DNA from: a virus
Taxonomy: Duplodnaviria; Caudoviricetes
Direction: 5' to 3' (one strand)
DNA: 31,627 bases
IMG/VR virus record: IMGVR_UViG_3300042340_000306
Location: 1-31,627 of that record
Shown here: in pieces, positions 7,814 to 16,763 of the stretch
Layout: every line of letters begins with the position of its first letter
Numbering within the stretch: position 1 is the stretch's first letter
Made by a program: the position numbers and the translations under genes
The notes under the pieces: generated by a model
What the model was told of the DNA's origin: nothing
The model's input: only the letters and a program-made list of their open reading frames with translations
Databases searched by the model: none

Positions 7814-9803
7814 TTGCTGTCATTCCCTGAGGTTGCGCCTGCGACTCGGGCCCGATGCGACCAGCCACGTTGGCCATGTCGTCCGGGTTTGGGACCATCG
7901 CCGGCAAGGTCTGTCCCATGAATCCAATCAACGCCTCACGGTACGCCTTGAAAGCGTCCTGAACCGCCGGGCTTGCCACGCCCATGATCGGATTCGACAT
8001 GAACGCGCTCAGCACCCTGATCTGGATGTCCGGGCGCGACGTGTGCGGTGTGAGCACGATCTGCTGCGTCGTGGTTCCATCTCCGAACAGGAGCAGGATG
8101 TTCCGGACAACGCTCTCGTACGCGCTCTTCTCTTCCTCCATCCACATTGCGACGTCGATGCCCTCCTTCATCATGAAGAGCTTGACGCCATCCGGGTCGG
8201 TCATACCCGCCGACAGCATCCCCATCGCCTCCTGTTTCCGCACGACTTCGCTCTTCGGCGCGGTGTCCCGTACGGTGAAGGCGATCTGCGAGAAGTTCGG
8301 CAGCGGGTTCTGCTCAAACGAAACCGTACCGTTGTCAGGGTCAATGACCGCTCCAGCAAGCTCGGTCGTCAGCTTGTTGACAGGCAGGGCCCGCCGAGAG
8401 ACAAGCATCTGGCCCGCAGCCTTTGCCACAACCGCGCGATACATGGTGCCGAACGCAGTCTGCACGCCGCTGGTGGGGTTGGTCATCGCCTTATTGATCT
8501 GCTCGTCAAGGAACTGCAGACCGCTCGCGCTGTCCACGCGACCCTTCTCAGCCAACAGATCCTGCACCGGGCTAAGCCCGTCGGCAACACTCTTCGCAAA
8601 CTGCGCGACCTTGCCAGGCACCTCGCCTGCATTAAACGGTTGAATCACCATCGGGCGGAACTCATCGCCCATCAGTGCGTCCTTCGTGTACGACAGGTAG
8701 CGCAGACCGTGACCAACCTCGCGCATCGCGGCGCGTTCGTTGATCGTGCCCTGCGGCAGCAGCACTACGCCGTAACGGTCCATTGTGCGGATGTTGTTGA
8801 AGAGCGACTTCATCAGACGCTCCATCTCGCGCACGATGCCGAACATCAGGTCAAACAGGCCAGCGCCGTGGAACGTGCCGTTGTCCATGAACCGCGCAAA
8901 GCCAACCGGGCAGTACGCCTCGACCTTCGACAGATCCTGGTCGTCGATGACGACGTCGCCGCTCGAGACAATGTAACGAGTGACGGTACCACGAGGGCCG
9001 TGAATCCACGTCTCGCGCACCTTGCAGACCTGCTGGGTGTCCTCGTCCTCGTCGTTGCCCTTGATGCCGCCGTTCGCCATCGTCGAGACAAAGTAGCCCG
9101 TGCCGTTCCACGGCGCGTCCTGCGACTCTTCCATCTGGTGACCGTACTGCCAGCGCCAGACGTTCATCTCCTCGATGTTCTGGTCGATCTTGCGGCTTCC
9201 GTACTTCTCCTTGAGGAAGTTCAGCGGCACGAGTCGCTGACGCACGAGACCACGCACCTTCGTGTGGTCATGGCCGAGCGACGGGAACGGAATCAGTTCC
9301 TTGGGGTGGATGACTTCGAGGTCGGCGGTGAGTCCAACCGTTGGGCTATCAACCATGTGACCAGTGATGCCGCAAGAGCCAAGCAGGGCGAAGAGATAGT
9401 TGAAGTCACGCTGAACCCCCACCAGCTGCTGGTCAGAGACCACAGCGTCGGCAACCAGCTGAGCAACAGATCGTTCGCGAAGTCCTGCAAGACTGAATCC
9501 CTGCCTCAGCGCACGAGGGCGCAGATCCATAGTGTTGAGGCGAGCAGTCGTCTTGTCAACCACCGACAGCAACTCGGTGGACTGGAACTCCATGTTCCCT
9601 TCCTCGTCGAGGTAGTGCGGCGTGATGCGTCCCGTGCGCGGGTCGAAGATGTCGAACCGGCGGAAGCCGTTGAGGTAGTACCACGCCAGCAGCCAAAGGG
9701 TGCGGCGGTACGTCAGCTTCAGCATCTCACGCGACACGTGCGCGTCGATGATCTTGCCGAGGTTCTTCGGGTCCTTGGGGAGGTTGACGCCGTCACTTGC
9801 CAT
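7806..9803 (-). CDS. Portal protein (665 aa)
   Basis: Size and position just after TerL. Largely helical, with a Q/P-rich tail as in podoviral portals. Confidence 0.75.
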   Translation of the reverse strand: MASDGVNLPKDPKNLGKIIDAHVSREMLKLTYRRTLWLLAWYYLNGFRRFDIFDPRTGRITPHYLDEEGNMEFQSTELLSVVDKTTARLNTMDLRPRALRQGFSLAGLRERSVAQLVADAVVSDQQLVGVQRDFNYLFALLGSCGITGHMVDSPTVGLTADLEVIHPKELIPFPSLGHDHTKVRGLVRQRLVPLNFLKEKYGSRKIDQNIEEMNVWRWQYGHQMEESQDAPWNGTGYFVSTMANGGIKGNDEDEDTQQVCKVRETWIHGPRGTVTRYIVSSGDVVIDDQDLSKVEAYCPVGFARFMDNGTFHGAGLFDLMFGIVREMERLMKSLFNNIRTMDRYGVVLLPQGTINERAAMREVGHGLRYLSYTKDALMGDEFRPMVIQPFNAGEVPGKVAQFAKSVADGLSPVQDLLAEKGRVDSASGLQFLDEQINKAMTNPTSGVQTAFGTMYRAVVAKAAGQMLVSRRALPVNKLTTELAGAVIDPDNGTVSFEQNPLPNFSQIAFTVRDTAPKSEVVRKQEAMGMLSAGMTDPDGVKLFMMKEGIDVAMWMEEEKSAYESVVRNILLLFGDGTTTQQIVLTPHTSRPDIQIRVLSAFMSNPIMGVASPAVQDAFKAYREALIGFMGQTLPAMVPNPDDMANVAGRIGPESQAQPQGMTANG

Positions 9804-10044
9804 CGGGCTTCTTCCTCACGCGCGACCATCCCGGAGGCATGTCCTCCAGAAGGTCGACGCCATTAAAGTTGCTGTTCACGAATGGCGCATCCTCACGGGG
9901 CTGCACCGGCACCTGCTGGACCTGTGGTTCACGGCGCCCAGCGTAGTACGACTCTACCAGCATGTTGAAATACGAGAGCGGAATGGTCACGGTCATCTGG
10001 CCCGGATTCGGGCGCGGTGCTTCATAGATCATCTGGTCAGACAC
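9793..10044 (-). CDS. Hypothetical protein (83 aa)
   Basis: Overlaps the TerL stop and the portal start; AGGAG/GGAGG-type SD upstream. Confidence 0.7.
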   Translation of the reverse strand: MSDQMIYEAPRPNPGQMTVTIPLSYFNMLVESYYAGRREPQVQQVPVQPREDAPFVNSNFNGVDLLEDMPPGWSRVRKKPDGK

Positions 10045-12004
10045 GGGAACCTCCGCTCCTGGGCTCGGGATCCCTCATGATACGGAGGGCGTCCTCAACA
10101 GAGATGTTATTGAAATTCATTGCATCCGCAATGTTCACTCCGTACTTCTTGTCAACATAGTTGCCGTCCCCGATCTCCTCAAGGGGGTTCTCAACCACCA
10201 GCCGGTCGTCGTCAACCTGCTGGACAGCCGACCGTTCCATCCGGCCCCGGACCACAAACATGCTCATGGCGACCGTGTCAATGAAGTCGTCGTGGGCCAA
10301 ACCGCCGTTCTCGGCGTCCGGGTTGAACTGCTCGATCTGCTCAAACAGGTGCCGCCAGGGCATCAGACCACGCCGCCAGGTGGGGAGTTTGATCAGCCCG
10401 TGCTCAAACCGGTAGTTCAGGGCGCTGATCTTTGAGGTCTTGTCCATGACACCGGGGTTCAGCTTCACGACCTTCGGCGGGGTCATGCCGGTGATCTGGT
10501 CCGCCCGCTGCCGGACCATCGACTCCATGGCCGCATACAGACTGAAGGACTGCCGAACCACCTCGACGTGAATAGAGGGAACCCGCCACTTCATGGCCAG
10601 CCGGAACGCGTGCTCGATCAGAACAGGCTCCCGGCACTGGCCTCCCCAGGTGTCCAACACAAACAGGACTGCCTCGACGGGGTCGTACCCCATGACCGTG
10701 CAGACCTTGAAGTCCGAATCCGTGGTCGCCGTGTACGAGGTGTCGACCGTGGCAAACAACTTGACGCGCCCCACCAGAAACTCTGGGAGCGGCATGCGCT
10801 CGGTCTCGCCGGACTTGTTCCGCCAGCACACGGTGGACTTCGAGGCGTATGGGTCGACGTCGCTGTCGGTGTCCGGGTTCTCAAGCCACCACCCGTGCCG
10901 CTCCTGGGTCACGTCCCCGAAGTAGGCCTCCTCGCTCTCGCCCGGCTGGGCCAGATACTCAGCCATGTAGTTGTGGCTGCCGATCATTTCCCGGATGTCC
11001 TCCAGAGTGATCAGGCCCTTCAGCTTCTCGTTGGCATCCCTGGTCTTGCGGTCAACCGGCCACATGGAAGGCCAGGTGCTCTGGGGTTTTCCATCCTCGT
11101 CCGTGTACTCGGCCTTCAGGATCAGGCGCGCCCACTGGTCGAAGCGCGGGTCCTTAGCGACCCGGCTCCCGTCCGCCAACAGCTCCGTCATCATCGCGTG
11201 CCACGCGTAGTGCCGCCGGCTCACGAACGTCGCCAGCCACCGCACGCTCGTATCGCGGCGGGTGACCATCGGCATCACGACCTTGAACAGCAGTCGCTCC
11301 ATGTACGACCGCAGGATCGACATGCTGGTCGACGCCTTCGGGTCATACTCGGGGTCATCAAGCGCGTACACGCGCGGGCGACCACCACGCTGTCGGCTCT
11401 CGGCGCTGATGGCGCGGAACCACGAGCCATTCGCCAAGTACATCAGCTCGACGCCGAAGGATGCCTCGCCTCGCTTGGGCGTGATACGTCCGTCAGGGAA
11501 CTCCGGCGCAAAGTCGTCGGCAATGCGCTTGTTCGCGATGAACTGCGTCTTCAGGATCTGAGACGTCTGCTCCGCATTGTCGATGCTGCTCGTCGCGTAG
11601 ATGAACGAGAACGCCGGACGCGAGAGCATCTGGAGCAGCGCGGTCTTGCGGAAGCAATTGCTCTTGGCAAATCCGCGCGGCGCAATGGCCACCGAGCGCG
11701 GAGCCATTGCCCACATTCGGTAGATAGCGAAATGGCCGGCAGGCGGCTCGACCGGATCGTCGTCGTAGAAGTACGGGTTGAAGTCCTCCTCCCAATCCGG
11801 GTGGAGGTACCAGTTGTCGAAGAAGTTGACGCTCCCCGCAAAACGCGTGGATTTCAGGCCAAGATCGTTGGTGGGGACAAGCCACTGCGAACACGCGTTC
11901 ACGCGCGCGAGGCGCTGGCCCTCGGGCGTGAGCGTGAGGTAGTCGGCAGGCAGCGGCCACATGCCGTTGCCCTGCGCAGGCAGGTCGATGGCAACCGGGT
12001 TCAC
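10037..12004 (-). CDS. terL: Terminase large subunit
   Basis: Walker A APRGFAKS, Walker B YALDDPE, RNase H-like nuclease motifs TVDTSY and HDDFIDT. Start moved to GTG 12004 (GTGA overlap with the upstream stop). Confidence 0.92.
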   Translation of the reverse strand: MNPVAIDLPAQGNGMWPLPADYLTLTPEGQRLARVNACSQWLVPTNDLGLKSTRFAGSVNFFDNWYLHPDWEEDFNPYFYDDDPVEPPAGHFAIYRMWAMAPRSVAIAPRGFAKSNCFRKTALLQMLSRPAFSFIYATSSIDNAEQTSQILKTQFIANKRIADDFAPEFPDGRITPKRGEASFGVELMYLANGSWFRAISAESRQRGGRPRVYALDDPEYDPKASTSMSILRSYMERLLFKVVMPMVTRRDTSVRWLATFVSRRHYAWHAMMTELLADGSRVAKDPRFDQWARLILKAEYTDEDGKPQSTWPSMWPVDRKTRDANEKLKGLITLEDIREMIGSHNYMAEYLAQPGESEEAYFGDVTQERHGWWLENPDTDSDVDPYASKSTVCWRNKSGETERMPLPEFLVGRVKLFATVDTSYTATTDSDFKVCTVMGYDPVEAVLFVLDTWGGQCREPVLIEHAFRLAMKWRVPSIHVEVVRQSFSLYAAMESMVRQRADQITGMTPPKVVKLNPGVMDKTSKISALNYRFEHGLIKLPTWRRGLMPWRHLFEQIEQFNPDAENGGLAHDDFIDTVAMSMFVVRGRMERSAVQQVDDDRLVVENPLEEIGDGNYVDKKYGVNIADAMNFNNISVEDALRIMRDPEPRSGGSRV

Positions 12005-12393
12005 AGACCCACCATCTTGCGCTGCATCCCCTTGATCGCGACCAGTTCGGTCGCAGCCATGCGGAGGATGCAAGCAGCAAGGAACGCGGGCTCGTGAGCG
12101 GCAGGACTGACCGAGACAATCTCGGTGGCCGCATCAACCCAGCGCTGATGGAAGACGTGGTTGTTCGTCTTGATCCGCTCGATGATCGCGTTGCCGAGTT
12201 CGGACGGTTCGCCCCACCAGGTGACGGGGTCAATGATGCCCAGCGAGAACAGAATTGGCCCGCCGCCTCGAGCTGCCTGAATGCCGTCCATCGCCGCGAT
12301 GTGAGCAAACGCCTTACTGAGAAGCGGATCCAGGTCCGCGAGATGGCAAGTAGGTGGCTGCGATTCTTGCTGTTGAGTCTTCTGTGATTGCAC
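12001..12393 (-). CDS. Hypothetical protein (130 aa)
   Basis: GTG at 12393 is preceded by AGGAGG at 7-nt spacing. Overlaps the upstream gene by 80 nt. Confidence 0.65.
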   Translation of the reverse strand: MQSQKTQQQESQPPTCHLADLDPLLSKAFAHIAAMDGIQAARGGGPILFSLGIIDPVTWWGEPSELGNAIIERIKTNNHVFHQRWVDAATEIVSVSPAAHEPAFLAACILRMAATELVAIKGMQRKMVGL

Positions 12394-12730
12394 TTGGGGC
12401 CCTCCTGAGGCTTGAGACGAGTCGTGATGCCGATTGTGTGATTGTCTTCCCATCGCCGTTTGTTTCCGTGACGGTCTGCGTTGCCGCAGTCGTGGTGATC
12501 ATTCCGTTGAGTTCTGCCACTTCACGCACGATCTCCCTGATGCGTTTCATGGCGTCAATGGAAACCTTGCCGCTTCCATTACGTGCAATGTCTACCAGAC
12601 GCTCCATCTCCTCCGCAACATCCCACTCGGTCGCCCGGATTGCCGAACCCAGGCGGGTGGGGCAGAAGAACGACATGACGGTCTCGTCGACCATCTCGTC
12701 CTTCTTCTGGGCCAGGCTCCTAGGCGTCAT
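12314..12730 (-). CDS. Putative terminase small subunit (138 aa)
   Basis: Short helical protein near terL, with an EMERLVDIAR...AMKRIREI helix pair and an extended tail. Assignment is mainly positional. Confidence 0.45.
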   Translation of the reverse strand: MTPRSLAQKKDEMVDETVMSFFCPTRLGSAIRATEWDVAEEMERLVDIARNGSGKVSIDAMKRIREIVREVAELNGMITTTAATQTVTETNGDGKTITQSASRLVSSLRRAPSAITEDSTARIAATYLPSRGPGSASQ

Positions 12731-15612
12731 GCCGGCAGCCCCTCAAGGAGCCCAGCCAGACCTGCCCTGCGGACCATATCCACGTCTTCCATCCGCTCGA
12801 TGTATGCCGGCTTCTGAGTCTTCTTGAGCTTCATCCGCTTGCCGCGCATCGCCCGCTTCACAGGCTCGGACTGCTTGCGACCGGGTTCCTGGCGGACACC
12901 CTTGACAAACTTGCCGCCCGTAAAGGCCCGCTCGTCACGCTCGCCCGGTCTAACGGTGGGCTGCGCAACCTCGGACAGAGGCGGGGTCGAACGTGCCTTG
13001 GACTTGACCTTCTGCTTGGGAATCCCCTTCTGCCTGATCACCGGCATTTCCTGCCGACGGCCCTCACGGACAGCAGCACCCATGACCTTGGGGCCAATCC
13101 CCTTGCCTTCGGTAGCGCGGGCGAGCTCTCGCTCAAACATGTTCACGCGGCCCTGGAGGACCTTGATGCGACCCTCAAGCGCAGCCCGGTAGTCCCGCAT
13201 CGTCTCAGCATCCTGGGTCTGAGGCATGAACTGCCGCTTCGCAGAAGGCGGACGGAAGTCGTCGTCCTGGTCGACAGGCACGCGACGGCGAACGTCCTCA
13301 AACATGTCTCTGCTTTGCCGAGGCGCAATGTAACGACGAATGTCGTCAAGACGCTTCTTGCCATCAGCAATCTCCCTGTTCAGGGCGGCAAGATCCTTCT
13401 GGGCAGACGCAAGCTGCTTGGCATCACGGATCTCTCCAATGTCCTTCTGCTTGTCAAGATCCTTGGTCTCGTCCTTGTACGCATCAATCAGGCTGCGGAG
13501 GCGAGATGCCGCAACCCGGCGGGTCTTGCCCATCGTCTCGGCATCTCGGCCCTGCATCCGCACGTCGCCCTTGCCAAGCGCCTCCGACTGAGCGTCGGCC
13601 ATAAACTGGTCAAACGCACTGTTGAGCTTGTCTGCTGTCGGAATGCCCAAGTCCTCAACATTCGGCTTCTCTGTCTTTGCAAGAGACATGCGTCCCCCGC
13701 GAAGTCCGTACCTCTTGGGCGGAACATACGATCCACCGCCGGTTTCGACCTTTGAGAGATTGACTTCAGGGCGACCGGTTGCATATCCTCCCTCTTCACG
13801 GCGAGCTGGCTGCTGGCGAACATTGCCGCGAGCTCGTCCAAGCGGAAGACCGGCACTCTCGCCAACGCCGGTTGCGCCACCGGTCTCGACTCCGCCCTTG
13901 GGTTCAGCCGCCGGAGCAACGCCTCTCTTGAGACGCTTGCCGGTCAGGACATTGCGGGCACCCGGCTTGGCACGAGCAGTGCTTGCGCCACCGCGGATGC
14001 GGTTGCCAACGCCGGTCATCATTGCGGCCAGCTGCGGGACGTCACCCTTCGTGTCCCCCACCTGCTCCTCGATGGTGGGCGGAGCCTTCTGGCCGAGCAT
14101 CTGGAGGCCCCTCATGATCTCGCCAAGCGGACGCACGTTGCCCGAGGCGGCCATACCAAAGGCCTTGCGGACCTGTCCCTGCATACGATCCTGGAACAAG
14201 CGGTTGCTTGGGACGTACTGCTTCAGCGCATTCATCACCGACCCGATGTCGGCAGTCATTGCCTCTCGACCTGCGGCACGCGCGTCGTACCGGCGAGTGC
14301 CGCTCATCACGCTCTCGATGACCTTGATCGCAGAGCGGATGTTTCCAAGCTGCTCGCGCCGTTCGCCGCGACGGGTCTCGGGAGATGCCGCGTCCCGGAC
14401 CTCCTGCATCTTGGCAGCGCGACGTGCTGCGGGCGAACCAACCTCGCCGAGGATGGTCTGCGCCTTGACCATGCCCTCGATGGACAGCGCCTTGTTGAAC
14501 GTGCGCAGCAGGTCGGCGCGCGTCATCTGCGCTGCTTCGGAGTTCGGGTCGTCCTTGATCTTCTTGAACTTAGCGATGACCGCCGCCTTGTCGGTGTCGG
14601 AAAAGCGGTCAAGAACTCTCTCGGTCAACTCCGGATCGGCAGCAAGAACATCAAATGCCTGTCGGTTGATCTCCGGAGCATCCTCTGTGGCTTTCCCTTC
14701 CTGAGTACTGCCGCCACGGTCTCCGGTGTCCTTTTGTCCAAAGCGATCCGGTCTTCCTTCCGCCTCCTTTGAGAACTCGCTGATTCGATTCTTTGCCTGC
14801 CGAGTCTGATCCTGAAGACTGACATCACCTTCAATTCCGGTATGGGCAGCAAATCGCAGGTAGAAACGTCGCTTGGCTTCTTCATATCCAGCAACATCAC
14901 CCTCGGCTTCCAGGCGGTTCATCTCATTGATGTCGGCCTCGAGGACTTCTTTCGTGATGCCCTGCTGGGCTACCTGGCTGGCAAGGCGGACACGCTTGCG
15001 TGCGCCCAGCTCCTTGATCTTTTCCTCTCGGGTTCCCTCGGCGCCCTGTCCGAGCAGGCCCTTGCGGGGCTTGTCGCTCTTGACGACGCCGGTCTGGAGC
15101 TTGCCGGACGGCTCGACTCCGTAGGTGTCGGAGACGAGCTGCTGCGCAAGGTCGCGCGCCTTCGGGTTGTCGATCCGGTTCGCCTGCTCCATGGCGAGGC
15201 GGTAGGAGACTTCCTTCAGGTCCGCGTCGTTCGGGATGTAGTCCTTGTTGCCGTAGTTCGGCGAGCCGACGCGCTGGCGCTCGGAGGCAATGAGGAGATC
15301 GCGTGCGCGGTCCTCGATGCGTTTCTCCCAATCCGCACCGAAGCCCTTCTTCTTCAGGTAGGACGCGATGCGCTGCGAGCCCGAGCGCTCGGAAGGCGCG
15401 CCTGCACGCGTGATCTCGGCGGCAGCAACGAGACCTGCCTTGCCCGAGCGATCAGCAATCTTCTTCGCAGTCGCCGACTCCCGATTCCCCGTCAGCGGAC
15501 CCGCCGGTGTAGCAGTCGGCGTCGGCTGAATGACCGAAGGCCGCGTCCGGTCTTGCTGACCGATCATTCCGGACATGATGCTGGAGACGGTTCGCCTTGT
15601 CTGCTTTGCCAT
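12727..15612 (-). CDS. Large R/K/A/G/E-rich protein (~961 aa), possible internal virion protein
   Basis: Long ORF, highly charged and low in aromatics. Start placed at MAKQ (AGAGGA SD); the ORF track start is 15663. Confidence 0.7.
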   Translation of the reverse strand: MAKQTRRTVSSIMSGMIGQQDRTRPSVIQPTPTATPAGPLTGNRESATAKKIADRSGKAGLVAAAEITRAGAPSERSGSQRIASYLKKKGFGADWEKRIEDRARDLLIASERQRVGSPNYGNKDYIPNDADLKEVSYRLAMEQANRIDNPKARDLAQQLVSDTYGVEPSGKLQTGVVKSDKPRKGLLGQGAEGTREEKIKELGARKRVRLASQVAQQGITKEVLEADINEMNRLEAEGDVAGYEEAKRRFYLRFAAHTGIEGDVSLQDQTRQAKNRISEFSKEAEGRPDRFGQKDTGDRGGSTQEGKATEDAPEINRQAFDVLAADPELTERVLDRFSDTDKAAVIAKFKKIKDDPNSEAAQMTRADLLRTFNKALSIEGMVKAQTILGEVGSPAARRAAKMQEVRDAASPETRRGERREQLGNIRSAIKVIESVMSGTRRYDARAAGREAMTADIGSVMNALKQYVPSNRLFQDRMQGQVRKAFGMAASGNVRPLGEIMRGLQMLGQKAPPTIEEQVGDTKGDVPQLAAMMTGVGNRIRGGASTARAKPGARNVLTGKRLKRGVAPAAEPKGGVETGGATGVGESAGLPLGRARGNVRQQPARREEGGYATGRPEVNLSKVETGGGSYVPPKRYGLRGGRMSLAKTEKPNVEDLGIPTADKLNSAFDQFMADAQSEALGKGDVRMQGRDAETMGKTRRVAASRLRSLIDAYKDETKDLDKQKDIGEIRDAKQLASAQKDLAALNREIADGKKRLDDIRRYIAPRQSRDMFEDVRRRVPVDQDDDFRPPSAKRQFMPQTQDAETMRDYRAALEGRIKVLQGRVNMFERELARATEGKGIGPKVMGAAVREGRRQEMPVIRQKGIPKQKVKSKARSTPPLSEVAQPTVRPGERDERAFTGGKFVKGVRQEPGRKQSEPVKRAMRGKRMKLKKTQKPAYIERMEDVDMVRRAGLAGLLEGLPA

Positions 15613-16129
15613 TTTCCGGGTCCTCTGGGAGCTTAGCCTGCTGGATGCGTCTAGCGTACTCATGCCCCACCATCTCTGGAAGGGTGGAATACGAGAGTTC
15701 GGCGAGACGGGTGGTGAGGTCGAGCATCGCGCGCTTCACCTGCGCGGGCGTGCCGATCTTTGCGAGTCGTCGACCGGCGCACAGTTCCCCCACCAGCCAG
15801 CGCCAGTGGGTGCGGAGTTCCTCGACTGGGATCGATGTTCGAGCGTGCGGGTAGTTGGTGCGCTTGCCGTTCTGGTTCTTGGCACCCGGCATCAGGAAGT
15901 CACGCCCGCCTGCGCGAGTGATGGCCTTCATGCAGATCTGGAACGTGACCGGGTCGACGTATGCGACTCCCAAGTCACCGAAGATCAGGGGGCAACCGAT
16001 GGCCCGGCACAGCCCCCTGAATCCCCGGCGCGACCGGACGAACCCCTTCAGGTTGTCCAGGTAGTACTGCTCGGACAGGAGGCGCATGCCCCCACCGAGC
16101 GAGATGTAGGACGGACGGGCCTTCTTCAA
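15452..16129 (-). CDS. Hypothetical protein (225 aa)
   Basis: TTG start overlaps the upstream stop (TTGA). First ~160 aa look globular; the tail overlaps the next gene. Confidence 0.65.
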   Translation of the reverse strand: MKKARPSYISLGGGMRLLSEQYYLDNLKGFVRSRRGFRGLCRAIGCPLIFGDLGVAYVDPVTFQICMKAITRAGGRDFLMPGAKNQNGKRTNYPHARTSIPVEELRTHWRWLVGELCAGRRLAKIGTPAQVKRAMLDLTTRLAELSYSTLPEMVGHEYARRIQQAKLPEDPENGKADKANRLQHHVRNDRSARPDAAFGHSADADCYTGGSADGESGVGDCEEDC

Positions 16130-16692
16130 GCGAACATCGCTCCGCCGCGGAACATCGTGCTCGGAAGATCCGTTGCGCCGACGTCCTTCTTCAGCTTCGG
16201 CTTCATTCCGAGACCTGGACCAAACTTCTGGTAGTTGATCTCGTCGTTCCTCGCCTGCTCCTCAAGCCTCGTGATGCCGTCAGCAATTTCGGCTGCGGTC
16301 GGAACACGGACGGTTGGGCTTGTCGTAACGGGAGGAGTCTGAGGTCCCTTGTACCCAAATCGACGAGCACGCATAAGAATGTTCTCGAGGCTCATCGGAT
16401 TCATTGATGAAGGAGGCGGCGGAGCGGTTGGCAACTTGCCCTTTCCCTTCTTCTTGCCGTCGAGAAGGACGGACATCTTCGTGCCGTCCGGGTTGGTGAC
16501 AACCTTGTGCGGCGGTGCGCTGGAGCGGCCAGTTGGCGCGTTCTGGTAGTTGCCGCGACGACGGGCGTCGACGCCAGCGCGGCTCTTGAAGGTCATCGAG
16601 CTGACGGGCGTGGGGATGAAACCCTCAAGGCCCATCTGCCGGATTCCGATGTTCGGGTCGTTCGAGAAGATTGCGGGTCCACCGAATGCCAT
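16126..16692 (-). CDS. Basic Pro/Gly-rich hypothetical protein (188 aa)
   Basis: AAGGAG SD before the ATG at 16692; first gene of the leftward operon. Confidence 0.7.
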   Translation of the reverse strand: MAFGGPAIFSNDPNIGIRQMGLEGFIPTPVSSMTFKSRAGVDARRRGNYQNAPTGRSSAPPHKVVTNPDGTKMSVLLDGKKKGKGKLPTAPPPPSSMNPMSLENILMRARRFGYKGPQTPPVTTSPTVRVPTAAEIADGITRLEEQARNDEINYQKFGPGLGMKPKLKKDVGATDLPSTMFRGGAMFA

Positions 16693-16694
16693 GG

Positions 16695-16740
16695 TTGCTC
16701 CTTGTTGGGGTTCATGGTACAATTGCAGGAACGGCGTCAA
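16695..16740. promoter_or_regulatory. Divergent promoter pair with overlapping -10 elements
   Basis: Plus strand: TTGCTC-17nt-TACAAT with extended TG. Minus strand: TTGACG-15nt-TACCAT. Confidence 0.55.
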
Positions 16741-16763
16741 GCCTTTTCAGAGGAGAGAACAAC

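Noticed and set aside
5119-12097. Long plus-strand ORFs (611, 730 and 509 aa) opposite the capsid, portal and terL genes
   Set aside because: Antisense shadows produced by high-GC codon bias; R/V/L/H-rich with no motifs or SD.
12001-12453. Programmed frameshift fusing the TerS-like gene to the next ORF
   Set aside because: An in-frame GTG at 12393 with AGGAGG explains independent initiation, and no slippery site was seen.
12659-12670. GGGCAGAAGAA resembling the early-gene motif
   Set aside because: Imperfect, inside a coding region on the opposite strand, and probably chance.
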